A DNA stretch of 64,000 nt. It comes from Tubiluchus corallicola (taxonomy: Eukaryota; Animalia; Priapulida). Below the pieces are notes generated by a model, which had not been told where the DNA came from, ran no database searches, and saw nothing but the letters and a program-made list of their open reading frames with translations. Location: the NCBI GenBank assembly GCA_030141605.1, contig JAQGDQ010000733.1:41737-105736 (forward strand), written 5' to 3'. Positions 27,285 through 39,265 of this stretch are shown here, piece after piece. The position numbers and the translations under genes were made by a program. Within the stretch, counting starts at the first letter, position 1; each line of letters starts with the position of its first letter.

Positions 27285-28575
27285 GCGTGATGTGATCGCA
27301 ATTTTAAAGTGATTTTAATTCAAACTGGGAGCATCCAAGCGTGAAGTGATCACAATTCTAAAGTGATTTTAATTCAAACCGGGAGCATCCAAGCGTGAAG
27401 TGATTGCAATTTTAAAGTGATTTTAATTCAAACTGGGAGCATCCAAGCATAAAGTGATCGCAATTTTAAAGTGATTTTAATTCAAACCGGGAGCATCCAA
27501 GCATGAAGTGATCGCAATTTTAAAGTGATTTTAATTCAAACTGGGAGCATCCAAGGGTGAAGTGATCGCAATTTTAAAGTGATTTTAATTCAAACCGGTA
27601 GCATCCGAGCATGAAGTGATCGCAATTTTAAAGTGATTTTAATTCAAACTGGGAGCATCCAAGGGTGAAGTGATCGCAATTTTAAAGTGATTTTAATTCA
27701 AACTGGGAGCATCCAAGGGTGAAGTGATCGCAATTTTAAAGTGATTTTAATTCAAACGGAGCATCCGAGTGAAGTGATCGCAATTTTAAAGTGATTTTAA
27801 TTCAAACTGGGAGCATCCAAGGGTGAAGTGATCGCAATTTTAAAGTGATTTTAATTCAAACTGGGAGCATCCAAGGGTGAAGTGATCGCAATTTTAAAGT
27901 GATTTTAATTCAAACCGGTAGCATCCAAGCGTGAAGTAGCGTGAAGTGATTGCAATTTTAAAGTGATTTTAATTCAAACCGGGAACATCCAAGGGTGAAG
28001 TGATCGCAATTTTAAAGTGATTTTAATTCAAACCGGTAGCATCCGAGCATGAAGTGATCGCAATTTTAAAGTGATTTTAATTCAAACTGGGAGCATCCAA
28101 GGGTGAAGTGATCGCAATTTTAAAGTGATTTTAATTCAAACTGGGAGCATCCAAGGGTGAAGTGATCGCAATTTTAAAGTGATTTTAATTCAAACCGGGA
28201 GCATCCGAGCATGAAGTGATCGCAATTTTAAAGTGATTTTAATTCAAACTGGGAGCATCCAAGGGTGAAGTGATCGCAATTTTAAAGTGATTTTAATTCA
28301 AACTGGGAGCATCCAAGGGTGAAGTGATCGCAATTTTAAAGTGATTTTAATTCAAACCGGTAGCATCCGAGCATGAAGTGATCGCAATTTTAAAGTGATT
28401 TTAATTCAAACCGGTAGCATCCAAGCGTGAAGTAGCGTGAAGTGATCGCAATTTTAAAGTGATTTTAATTCAAACCGGGAACATCCAAGCGTGAAGTGAT
28501 CGCAATTTTAAAGTGATTTTAATTCAAGCCGGGAGCATCCGAGCGTGAAGTGATCGCAATTTTAAAGTGATTTTA
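27285..28575. repeat. 54-bp satellite, about 24 copies
   Basis: Unit gaagtgatcgcaattttaaagtgattttaattcaaactgggagcatccaagggt. Confidence 0.97.
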
Positions 28576-28744
28576 CTAGTCATACCACATGCTTATCACT
28601 TTTGTCGCTAAATCCTTCTAAATTATTCGCGGACGTTAAAATAAGCCAAACTTCCCAGAATGCCCGGCCTTTCCTTTATAAATGCTCGTTTATTTGTTAA
28701 TCAATTTATTTATTATTTATTGAACATTAATCTTGTGTTTGCAG

Positions 28745-28824
28745 AGCAATTGCTAAGGCTGTACGACATTGTAAACCCAGGCAGCCCCCTACGTCTCTGC
28801 ATGAGGATTATACTTTACTCTCCG
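28745..28824 (+). CDS. MTR: MTR exon 10 (AIAKAVRHCKPR...LLS)
   Basis: AG/GT boundaries, 80 nt, phase-consistent. Confidence 0.9.
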
Positions 28825-28926
28825 GTAAGCTGGATTCAATGATTAGTTTTCTTTCATTCAATTTATTGCATTTCAGAAAACATTTTTTGCGGTCTTCCAA
28901 AGATGAATTTTACATTGTGCAGTAGG

Positions 28927-29415
28927 CAGGCCCTATTTCAGGGGGGGAAGTGGGGATACTTCCACGGGGCCTCACCCTCCAGGGGGGCCTCTTGCCAAGG
29001 TAACATTTTTTTCCTTTATGCGAACGTACTGCCTCCTCTCTTCCTCTCTGTCTCTCTTGCCGCACGAGCACCGTTTGCCTTGTGCGGCTCGGTGCCGATG
29101 TTCAGCTGTTTTCAATTTCGGAATTTCTAACACCGGCTTGTACGGAAGTGAGAGTACGGTATTACATATTGCAAAGATGTTGTTTTTGATTTGACTATTT
29201 GACAAATATTAAGGACTGGTCTTGAGAATAAAGCAGTTTTTCTTTCAATTGTTCTTTCCTTTAACAACTGTATAACTCCATATTTTCTCTTCGAAAATGC
29301 TTTTCCGGCATTCTAGCAGTTCAACCATGGTGGCGCCCCCCCCCCCGCCCCCTTCCCCGAGGGGGCCTCACACGCCCCACTTCCCCGGGCCTCGCTTAAG
29401 CTGAAATAGGCCCTG
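28927..29415 (-). mobile_element. hAT-like MITE family C, copy 2
   Basis: TIRs and 8-bp TSD GCAGTAGG. Confidence 0.92.
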
Positions 29416-29667
29416 GCAGTAGGTGGTGCTTAATAAACTCACTTTGGGATGGAACCAAATTTTTGACCGAATTAACCGAGTGAATCTGTTAACTGACCAT
29501 TACTAGTGAAGAAGCCATCACTCTTCAGCTTACTATGCACTGCAAAGACCGTGAGAACTTATGCTCTTTATCTTTCAAAATTAATTCTATGTTTTAGTTA
29601 CTGTATGACGTTTACGCTTCTGGTAGATTATGGCATCAGTGCTATAACAGTAACAGTTAACTAAATA

Positions 29668-30159
29668 CAGTGTTCCCTCGCTACTTCACGGTTCGTTTAT
29701 CGTGGACTCGCTGTTTCGCAGGTTTTCAAAAATATTAATGTAAGATATTTATCGCGGTATTTTCGCTGTTTCGCGGGTTTTTGCGCTACTCCGTCTAAAG
29801 TATTCTTGCACATGCGTAGTACGTATTGTACAGTATAGTGTATTTATTCGGCGGATGAATACACACCAAAAACGAAATGTAGTACTTGCGCCCGCTTGAG
29901 ATGCTACTTGCCGACGTGAGATTGTACACAACACACGATTGGCTGATTGATGGAAAGCTTATTAAAAAGTACATGTACAGTATGGGAAAAGTTATTAAGG
30001 GAATGGGAAAGGGTTATGTATAAGAGTGTGGGGAGGGTTTATAAAGACTTAAAATAATGTATAACTACTAAAATAAGTATAGCGTCCCTACTTTGCGGAA
30101 ATTCACTTATCGCGAGTGGGCCTGGAACGGAACACCCCCGGATAAGTGAGGGAACAATG
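29668..30159 (+). mobile_element. pogo/Tigger-like MITE family D, copy 1
   Basis: TA|CAGTGTTCCCTC...GAGGGAACAATG|TA. Confidence 0.9.
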
Positions 30160-30577
30160 TATTTATGCAGACGAGTATGTGACAAATTCAAAGCTAAGAT
30201 GCTAAGCTAGCATATTAGTGCACAATGTGGAACGCACCTGCTGATAAACAAGAATGTACTTAACCTGATTGTTTCTGTATATATTATTGTACACAAAAGT
30301 GAATAAAGTTAGCATAAACGTAGTGAAAATTCTTTCATTGCACATAAGTGTCTTATTTTAAGTATGTGCGGCAAAAATATTAAGTATGAAGTCAATTATG
30401 TGGAGTTATCTGAGTTAACTACCGTCAGTTTTTATATACATTTGAATAGGAGTTGCCTATACCAGATGTTTTTGAGTCAGTTAAGTGACTGATTCTATTA
30501 ATCGTGAGTCTAATAAGTGATGCCTAGTGTATTTTCATTTTCATATGTATACAGATATAGAAAATATTGCAACTTAA

Positions 30578-31186
30578 CCCTTATAGGGTCACCGGGGGGT
30601 AAAAAATTACCCCAGACCGGTTTTTTGCATTTTACCCTTTTACCGTACGCATCCCAGTAAACCTTTTCTATGACTTTTTCTGTTTTGTGCACAAAATACT
30701 TTCAGTTATTTATTTTAGGCGCATTGTCTCACCATGAAATAAAAGTGAAAATGCAATACGTTGATTTTTTAAAATTGTCGAAACTTTACTTCGCTTGTCT
30801 ATACATTATACGGGCGATGTATCTGATAAAACAAAATGTCAGTTACTCAAATTACTCCACCTAAAAGAAGAAAGTAGTAGACAATAAATTCAAAATAACA
30901 ATGATTTTTGCACACGCGCTAGCAATGTCGGTTGTCTACAGTTAACCCAGCATAGATAAGGGAACGTAACTAAGTGAATTTAAATTTCGTATTACTAGTA
31001 AGTCACATGACTTTAAGCACAGGTATAATGTATCCTATGGTGGTCAGCATAACCACAAATTATGCTGTTGCTGTTTACTAATGAAACACGGCGGTTTATC
31101 AAAAGTAATTTACGAATTATGGTGGGGGTAATTCCCCCCCCCCCGGTTGCCAAAATCGGTTGTAAAAAATCGTGACCCTATAAGGG
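30578..31186. mobile_element. piggyBac-like MITE
   Basis: TTAA TSD; perfect 15-bp TIR CCCTTATAGGGTCAC. Confidence 0.9.
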
Positions 31187-31290
31187 TTAAAACAGTTGTG
31201 TAATTTCTTACATTTTTGCTTAGTTGTGAATTGTTGCTGAACAACCTGGTAGGCATCTTACACCTTGTTGCTTGGTCTTGCTGTTGACAG

Positions 31291-31403
31291 GTTTGGAACC
31301 CATGCTGATTGGTCCTCACACGTTATTTGTAAACATTGGTGAAAGATGCAACGTGGCCGGTTCACGCAGATTTGCCAATCTCATCAAGAAAGGGAATTAC
31401 GAG
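31291..31403 (+). CDS. MTR: MTR exon 11 (LEPM...[13 protein letters not shown]...NYE)
   Basis: IGERxN start of the pterin-binding domain; 113 nt. Confidence 0.95.
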
Positions 31404-31419
31404 GTACGACTGTTTTAAC

Positions 31420-31486
31420 GAGAAAGAGGGAGAGGAGAGAGGGAGGGAGAGAGAGTGAAAGAGAGAGAGAGAGGGAGAGAGAGAGT

Positions 31487-31541
<55 letters not shown>

Positions 31542-31795
31542 GGAGAGAGAGAGAGAGAGGGGGGGAGAGTGAGTGAGAGAATGAGAGGGAGAGAGAGAGA
31601 GAGAAAGGGAGAGGGAGAGAGAGAGAGGGAGAGGGAGAGAGAGAGGGGGGTTGAGAGTGAGTGAGGGAGAGATTGAGAGAGAGAGGGAGAGAGGGAGGGA
31701 GAGAGAGAGAGAGAGAGGGGGGTTGAGAGTGAGTGAGAGAGAGAGAGAGGGAGGGAGAGATTGAGAGAGAGAGACAGAGAGAGAGAGAAAGAGAA
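31420..31795. repeat. (GA)n-rich microsatellite
   Basis: Direct inspection. Confidence 0.95.
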
Positions 31796-32054
31796 GTGTT
31801 TATCTTTTATTGCTTTGAATTTCTCTTCGCCTGACGCATTTGTCTAGAACAGTGTATTTTGTTATGAACTGACACTGATTGTCGATCTTTAATTCTTGGA
31901 TTATCAAGATGGACAATGTTTTAAAAAGGCAAATCAAAGAATTTAATTATATTTAGTGTTTAATCATGAGCAGTATTAATCACTGTGTGAAAGTATTAAA
32001 ATTATTATGAATGTAACTGAGGAAATTGGAAGGCGTCTTCTATACATTTTTCAG

Positions 32055-32195
32055 GCTGCTTTAGCAGTAGCCAAGGATCAAGTGGAGGCCGGAGCGCAAA
32101 TTCTGGACATTAACATGGACGAAGGAATGCTGGATGGCAAGGCGGCCATGACCAAATTTCTCAACATTATCGCCACTGAACCAGAAATCAGTAAG
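32055..32195 (+). CDS. MTR: MTR exon 12 ([22 protein letters not shown]...EISK)
   Basis: AG/GT boundaries, 141 nt. Confidence 0.95.
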
Positions 32196-32434
32196 GTGAC
32201 GAACTTCGACGAGAAAGTAAAATTAGCTCAGATCACACTCTCTTATCCAAGCTACGCATTTCGTGTCAAAGTCTCCGTGTCGGATGTACAGCAAGCTTTA
32301 TAGAGTAGCAATATTGTTGTGACGTATAGAGATCAAGGCCGTCGGCATGTTTTCTTTTGCCTGCCTAGTTTTGTTCGTCTGCAAAATTGCTTATTTGTCA
32401 TTTTCATCCGACTTTTTGTTCAGCTTAAATGTCA

Positions 32435-32992
32435 TTGTTTGTTGTTTGTTGACATCCTTCGGTCTCGGAAGACAATGGAGTGTGCGCCAAGAGAGTCAGT
32501 TATTGATCACATTGATGGAGCTGCAGCGTCGACTGTGGCTGAGCAGTACGATCCTTGAACGTCTCCAGGGCGCACTGCCTGGGCAAGGTGTATGGAGATC
32601 CTGAGTTGCCCAGACAACAGGAACCCCCTCTCTTCCTCCCTGGTGTAGTCCAAAGGAAAGCGGAGCGATACGTTTGGCACCAGGTTGGCTGCAGGAGCTG
32701 CCGGAGTCAGTGAGCATGCTGCACTGGTCCGCCTTCGGGGCTCCACTCCAGATTTGGAAGGTTTACTCCTCTACACATGGCCGTTGGGTCACTTGACCTC
32801 CTCCGCCCTCTAGCCGTTGGCTGCTTGTGCAGCTCCTCCGCCAAGTGTCAAGATACAGTGTGAGCATCCCGCAAGCCTACAGCACCTAGTATTCCTAGGT
32901 GGTCACCCATCCAAGTACTTACCAGGCTCTATGTTGCTTAACTTCGGTGACCAGACGAGAACCGGTGTTTTCAACGTGATTTGGCCGTAGTT
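32435..32992 (-). mobile_element. 5S rRNA-derived SINE (SINE3), apparently full length
   Basis: 120-nt 5S-like head (32873-32992) without an oligo-T terminator, a ~420-nt GC-rich body, and a (CAA/CAAA)n tail. Confidence 0.85.
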
Positions 32993-33185
32993 GTTATAAG
33001 TTGCGATTATGCGACTTTATCGCTAGACTATCCTTCTTTTTGGATTGAATTAAGAGCCTGAGCTTTTCTTCGTGATTGAAAAAATGTTGTATGACAAAGA
33101 ATTGCGGTTGAAAGAATCAATTTCGACGTTTTATATTACTGTGCTGGCAATATTTTTGACAATTGCACTAATAATTTCTGTCTAA

Positions 33186-33966
33186 AGGCGTGTTCAGACT
33201 AGCGAGTATTCTCTCTGACAACAAACTCGAAAGTGTTAATTACTTTGCGAGTTACTGTGAGTTGCTGTCTAGTGTGAATGCCTCGTGAGTTACTCTCGAC
33301 ACGAGCTGTCTAGTGTGAATGCCTCATGAGTTACTCTCGACACGAGCTGTCTAGTGTGAATGCCTCGTGAGTTAGTCTCGACACGAGCTGTCTAGTGTGA
33401 ATGCCTCGTGAGTTACTCATGACACGAGCTGTCTAGTGTGAATGCCTCGTGAGTTACTCATGACACGAGCTGTCTAGTGTGAATGCCTCGTGAGTTACTC
33501 TCGACACGAGCTGTCTAGTGCGAATGCCTCGTGAGTTACTCTCGACACGGGCTGTCTAGTGTGAATGCCTCGTGAGTTACTTTCGACACGAGCTGTCTAG
33601 TGTGAATACCTCGTGAGTTACTCACGACACGAGCTGCCTAGTGTGAATGCCTCGTGAGTTACTCTCGACACGAGCTGTCTAGTGTGAATGCCTTGTGAGT
33701 TACTCTCGACACGAGCTGTCTAGTGTGAATGCCTCGTGAGTTACTCTCGACACGAGCTGTCTAGTGTGAATGCCTCATGAGTTACTCCCGACACGAGCTG
33801 TCTAGTGTGAATGCCTCGTGAGTTACTCTCGACACTTCTTGCATCTAATAGAGAAGCGAGTGTCAGCATCTACTATTGGACATTAATTTGCAGTGAGTTT
33901 TGCTCTCTATTCTGAACACGCTTGCGACTTACTTTGTTGAAATAACTCGCTAGTCTGAATGCGCCT
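33186..33966. mobile_element. PIF/Harbinger-like MITE with an internal 41-bp array, about 14 copies (33264-33835)
   Basis: TAA TSD; TIR AGGCGTGTTCAGACTAGCGAGT; partial relative at ~48960. Confidence 0.85.
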
Positions 33967-34094
33967 TAAGTCCTCTAAAATAACTATTTATCAAAGTATG
34001 CTTATGAAAATGTCAGGTTTCCAGAATTTTTTTATATTGCCAGATATACTAGTGTTTGTAGCATTCGACACTGTGACATATGCATCTTTTTCTT

Positions 34095-34588
34095 CAGTGG
34101 CGACTCGTGTATAGCTACTGTGGAACTTCAGCACCCCCTATTTTCAGTCAGTATTCTCACTAATATTCAATATGATAAGTCTTTTTTCTTTAGTTCTTTC
34201 TTTATACTTGTGCGGAACCAGAGCACGTGAGGGTAGTACTGTTTGCTTCACAGCCCAGCGCAGTGCGCTCCACCAACGCTGTGTTTGGCTGTTGTGCTGA
34301 GCCCAGGTAGAGAAAGTACTGCCGCTCACACAGTTTGTTGTCAGTTGTCACATTCTTACCGTGAATGGATGAAGCTTGAACTGCAACAATTTAGGCTACT
34401 GTTCACTTGTTTAGGATTTTATCAAGTTTGTGTTTAAACTTTCATCCGTTTGTTTGTTAAAAATTGCAATTACTAATTACAACATTAGAATTACGCATGT
34501 TTTTTACGTTTTACGGCAGTATTAAAACAATTGTTAAAAAATTTTATGAAGCAAAAACCTCACAAATTTTAGCTACAAGCCACCACTG
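34095..34588 (+). mobile_element. hAT-like MITE (CAGTGG...CCACTG); partial relative at ~53705
   Basis: Inverted ends; near-TSD TTTTTCTT/TCTTTCTT. Confidence 0.6.
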
Positions 34589-34732
34589 TCTTTCTTAAAT
34601 CATTTTTTATAACTTCCTTTCTTTTGCCTCTAAATAGGCACTTTTTGCTGAAACATTCAAGATCAAAAACTTGATCCTTAAGATCTGCAAGTTCGTGACA
34701 AAACTAAGCTTCTGACTATAACGCCCTCCATT

Positions 34733-35242
34733 ATGAGCAACTTTGAGTTCGGAACAGTTAAGTTAGCTGGATCGGTTATTGAGCCTTGTGATAATGAAAA
34801 ATATCTTGGTCACATCATTTCTAGGGACAACAGGGACGATCTACGACAAGTAGGCATTTATTACTCTCGAGCAAATAAGCTATGCCGTAAATTTTACTAT
34901 TGCACCAATGCTGTAAAAACACGTCTATTCAATACTTATTCTAATAGCTTCTACTGTATAGCCACCTGGCGGCATTTTCATAATTATAATCTGAACAAAC
35001 TTAAAGTTGCTCATAATAAATCAATGCGAAAATTTTTCAATGATCAGTTTGATCACAGTGTTATGGACATTTCTGTGACGCATAAATTAGTGTACTTTGA
35101 TGTTATTTACAGGAAAAGCATTTACAGTCTAGATACTAGAATTTCAAACAGTAAAAATTTGTTGTGTAGAACGATATTCGCTAGTGATGCTTTATTTACT
35201 TCCAGTATAAGAAAGATTTGGAGAATGAAATTGTACGCTTAA
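34733..35242 (+). mobile_element. LINE (L2/CR1-group-like) RT C-terminal fragment
   Basis: KYLGHII thumb motif; ...KTRLFNTY...Y...W. Confidence 0.8.
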
Positions 35243-35310
35243 TTTTTACATTGTTGATATTCATTGAGCTTTGAGCGAAGTTTTGAGCTTTTCGTTTTTT
35301 ATTTTTGCAG

Positions 35311-35496
35311 GTGCCGTTGTGCATTGATTCGTCAAACTTTGCCGTCGTAGAAGCCGGATTGAAATGTTGTCAAGGCAAGTGCATCGTGAACAGCATCAGT
35401 TTGAAAGAGGGAGAGGATGACTTTTTGCAGAAAGCCCGCACAGTGCGGCGCCACGGTGCGGCCGTCGTCGTGATGGCATTCGATGAGATCGGACAG
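35311..35496 (+). CDS. MTR: MTR exon 13 (VPLCIDSS...[10 protein letters not shown]...MAFDEIGQ)
   Basis: AG/GT boundaries, 186 nt. Confidence 0.96.
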
Positions 35497-35627
35497 GTAG
35501 TGGACTTTACAGGAACCTTTCAGACTTATTTGTGGTTGAATTGGCTTGTGAAAATAATTTTAGACACGTTCTTGCCTGCCTAGAATCATATCTACCGTTA
35601 TCCCAGCTATCCCAGAAAATTTGTCGC

Positions 35628-36040
35628 TGTAGTTCGTCCTTCATAGTCGAAGAGGACCATGACTTCATTCTGACACCATAGGATGGGTACGGAGGTGGCT
35701 TATAAGCCCGATTTTTGCTGAGAACCTCCTCCTGCAGTGAGGACATGAGAATGGTGTATCTTGATAGGCACTGCGTTGTCTGTCTTTTCGAAGCTGTCTT
35801 TTCTCCTGCCTAACTTGGATGCGCCTGGACTCATAGTTGCTCACTCCCGATTTGATGAGGGACCGCCAACGTGATCTCTCCTGTGCCACATCTTCCCAGG
35901 AGTCGGCATTGATGTTGCATTCTTTCAGGCTGGCTTTGAGGGTGTCTTTGTATCTTTTCCGTTGCCCTCCAACTGACCGTTGCCCTTCTTTCAGCTCGCA
36001 GTACATGAGTCTCTTTGGCAGTCTGTGATCTTCCATACGT
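35628..36040 (-). mobile_element. RTE-clade LINE 3' fragment
   Basis: RLPKRLMYCELKEGQRSVGGQRKRYKDTLK and a C2H2 finger CPHC...HLRTH; short 3' UTR. Confidence 0.9.
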
Positions 36041-36309
36041 CGCTGTAGAGAAGGACTGAAGGCACATTTTCTTCAACTGAGCCAAAGCCGATTTTTTACT
36101 TTTGTTTTTTTTGTTTAGTCGCTAGCTAACAAAAGCAAAAAGCGAATGATCGGACATGGTACTGGTCACAGTTCAGAATAAAATATCAAGTTGAATTGGG
36201 ATACTGGACCGAAGTTAATCCAGTGCAGCTGACTTACCGGATAGATTAGCTGCGGAAAAGCTTGTTTTCAAGGATAATCCTGTGAGATTTGGTGCCAAAT
36301 TGGCAGACA

Positions 36310-36608
36310 TGTTGTAATCAATTGTGCGGAGTTATTTGAGCCAATTGCAGACAGTTTTTATATACTTTTGCATAGGAGCGGCCAGTACTTAGGCGTTTTT
36401 GAGACAATTAGGTATCATGTATCCTTGATAGTTGGGTATTTTAAATTATGCATGAAACAAGGTAATTGATATTTTAAGTCCACTTAGAGGCTCTCTATGG
36501 TCACAAAATTGCAATTTGTTGCTTCGCCCCTTGAACCCCCATAGGAGCCTTACCCCTAAACCCCCGGCCTGTTTCAGAGTTTTTTGCAATTTGTCATTCT
36601 CTTCCCTG
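36310..36608 (+). mobile_element. MITE family A, partial copy
   Basis: Matches 7135-7439. Confidence 0.8.
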
Positions 36609-36669
36609 ATGTGATGGCATTACTCTGGATCAACAGCTCAATGTTTAAAGTAAAGTTTTTGCATTTCAG

Positions 36670-36849
36670 GCAGCAGATCGGGATCGTAAAGTAGAGATAT
36701 GCACAAGATCTTACAAATTGCTGACAGAAAAAGCTGGATTTGATCCTCACGACGTGATATTCGACCCAAACATCCTTACTATAGCCACCGGTATTGAGGA
36801 GCATAACAACTACGGCGCTGATTTTATCCAAGCTACTAGAATTATAAAG
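36670..36849 (+). CDS. MTR: MTR exon 14 (AADRDRK...[19 protein letters not shown]...IK)
   Basis: AG/GT boundaries, 180 nt. Confidence 0.96.
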
Positions 36850-36936
36850 GTAAATTGGCTATCTTTTTTTGTTGATCAACTACAGTTTAGGTTGTAAACA
36901 TAGATTCAAATACCACGTGTGCATAGGGAGAAATTG

Positions 36937-36937
<1 letters not shown>

Positions 36938-36972
<35 letters not shown>

Positions 36973-37038
36973 GCGTGTGTGTGTGCGTGTGCGTGTGCGT
37001 GCGCGTGCGTGCGTGCGTGTGGGAGAGGGAGAGGGAGA
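36938..37038. repeat. (GT)n/(GCGT)n microsatellite
   Basis: Direct inspection. Confidence 0.9.
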
Positions 37039-37864
37039 GAATTACATTGACTAAATGCATGAGGAAACTGTCCTGATTGTGCATACTTTCTGCAAGCTGG
37101 GGGGGGGGGAGGGTGTTGGTCAGAAATTTAGAGCACACAAAAATCGAAGCCTATGACAAAAGTTGTTATGCCACTGCAATAAGTCTTCTCACAGTTTTGT
37201 TGTGCGCACGCGCAGTTGCTATAGATCAAAGGTTAAGTGTACCACAGCAACGCATCTTAACTACAACCGTCACGTGACGTATGGATAAAACAAAGTCAGT
37301 TTAGTAACTTCAGTTGTTTTACGTGAACTTTACTTAATTATGCATTAGTCTGTGCATAAAGTGATTTACTAGCAGGATCGTGTTTGAGAACAGGGTAAAA
37401 CAAAGCCGTTTGCAGCATCAGTTCAGTAAGTTTGGTTATTTTACGTGGACTTTACTTAATTAGCCTGTGCATAAAGTGATTTACTAGCAGGATCTTGCAT
37501 GAGAACAAGAAAAATGAACTCGGTAAGGTTCTAACTAGTTGTTAAAACTGTTATTATTACAGTAGCTTGGGCTCCGAGGCATTGTCAAGCATACACAAAT
37601 GTGTTGTCTGATACACTTAACCTTTGACCTTTCCACGATAATCATTCATCGCTGGAACTGTGAAAAGACTTATTAATATCGAACGTAAACCAGTGTCAAC
37701 GTGAGTGGGATTTAGTTTATATTGTGCGTTTGACAGCATTAAAATTCAGTAAGTTTGTTTTTGTATTAGCTTATTCCTTTAATCGTAAAATGTCAGTAAA
37801 AAAGTGAAGTCCCGGCACACGATTTGAATCCAGGCACTTCTGATCAGCACTGTCCTTTACCATT

Positions 37865-38617
37865 GGATATATAAGAGTAAATAAGAGGATATATAAGTGT
37901 TAATATAAGAGTAAAGAAGAGGATATATAAGTGTTAATATAAGAGTAAATAAGAGGATATATAAGTGTTAATATAAGAGGATATATAAGTGTTAATATAA
38001 GAGTAAATAAGTGGATATATAAGAGTATATATAAGAGTATGTATAAGAGGATATATAAATGTTAATATAAGAGTAAATAAGAGGATATATAAGAGTATAT
38101 ATAAATGTTAATATAAGAATAAATAAGAGTATATATAAGAGGATATATAAATGTTAATATAAGAGTAAATAAGAGGATATATAAGAGTATATATAAATGT
38201 TAATATAAGAGTAAATAAGAGTATATATAAGAGGATATATAAATGTTAATATAAGAGTAAATAAGAGGATATATAAGAGTATATATAAGAGGGTACATAA
38301 GTGTTAATATAAGAGTAAATAAGGAGATATATAAGAGTAAATAAGAGGATATATAAGAGTATATATAAGAGGATACATAAGTGTTAATATAAGAGTAAAT
38401 AAGAGGATATATAAGAGTATATATAAGAGGGTATATAAATGTTAATATAAGAGTAAATAAGAGGATATATAAGAGTATATATAAGAGGGTATATAAATGT
38501 TAATATAAGAGTAAATAAGGAGATATATAAGAGTAAATAAGAGGATATATAAGGGTAAATAAGAGGATATATAAGAGTATATATAAGAGGATACATAAGT
38601 GTTAATATAAGAGTAAA
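37865..38617. repeat. Compound AT-rich tandem repeat of ATAAGAG-based 12-mers
   Basis: Shuffled modules ataagaggatat / ataagagtaa / ataa(a/g)tgttaat. Confidence 0.9.
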
Positions 38618-39114
38618 CCTCGAACGCAACTTAGAAAATAATGACATTCGAAACATTTGCAGAAAGAGAGACACTAATGTAATTAAAATGTATATAGGTA
38701 TTGTAAAAGAACTAACCCAAAATGATCTTATAGTAAATTGATTATACATTGATTATAAATATTGGATATATATTTAGAATAAGTAAATCGTAATGCAAAA
38801 TTGTCAGGTTGTTTAGTAAGAAATTTATTTAATGTACATAGTGTAATTTATGTACTTTTTTGTACTTTTGTGCTTTTCTGTACTTTTGTGCCCTGCAAAT
38901 AGAGGGCTTATTGTATAATTTTCAATAAAGATTTTTAATTAATTAATTAATCTGATCAGCAGGCTTTAGGTGTGACTGCTGGACAGAAGGTCCTGAGTTC
39001 GATTCTGGGTATTTCAGATCTTTTGTGTCAGTCTGTAAGTAAATGCAAAATCTGTTAATTATTGAGTATTCTGCATAGGAGAGATTATTATTTAATAAAA
39101 TTTCGTTGTTTCAG

Positions 39115-39231
39115 ACGACGTTACCTGGATGCAGAGTCAGCGGGGGCGTATCGAACTTATCATTCGCGTTTCGTGGAATGGAGGTGGTGCGCGAAGCCAT
39201 GCACAGTGTGTTTCTCTATCATGCGATAAAG
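39115..39231 (+). CDS. MTR: MTR exon 15 ([21 protein letters not shown]...HAIK)
   Basis: 117 nt; donor AAG|gtgaag. Confidence 0.95.
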
Positions 39232-39265
39232 GTGAAGCCAAGTACAAATTTTTGTAATTTTTATT

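Noticed and set aside
20655-28575. Regular arrays (91 bp and 54 bp, also the 41, 42 and 67 bp arrays) as CRISPR arrays
   Set aside because: Units are head-to-tail with no unique spacers, there are no cas genes, and the context is spliceosomal introns.
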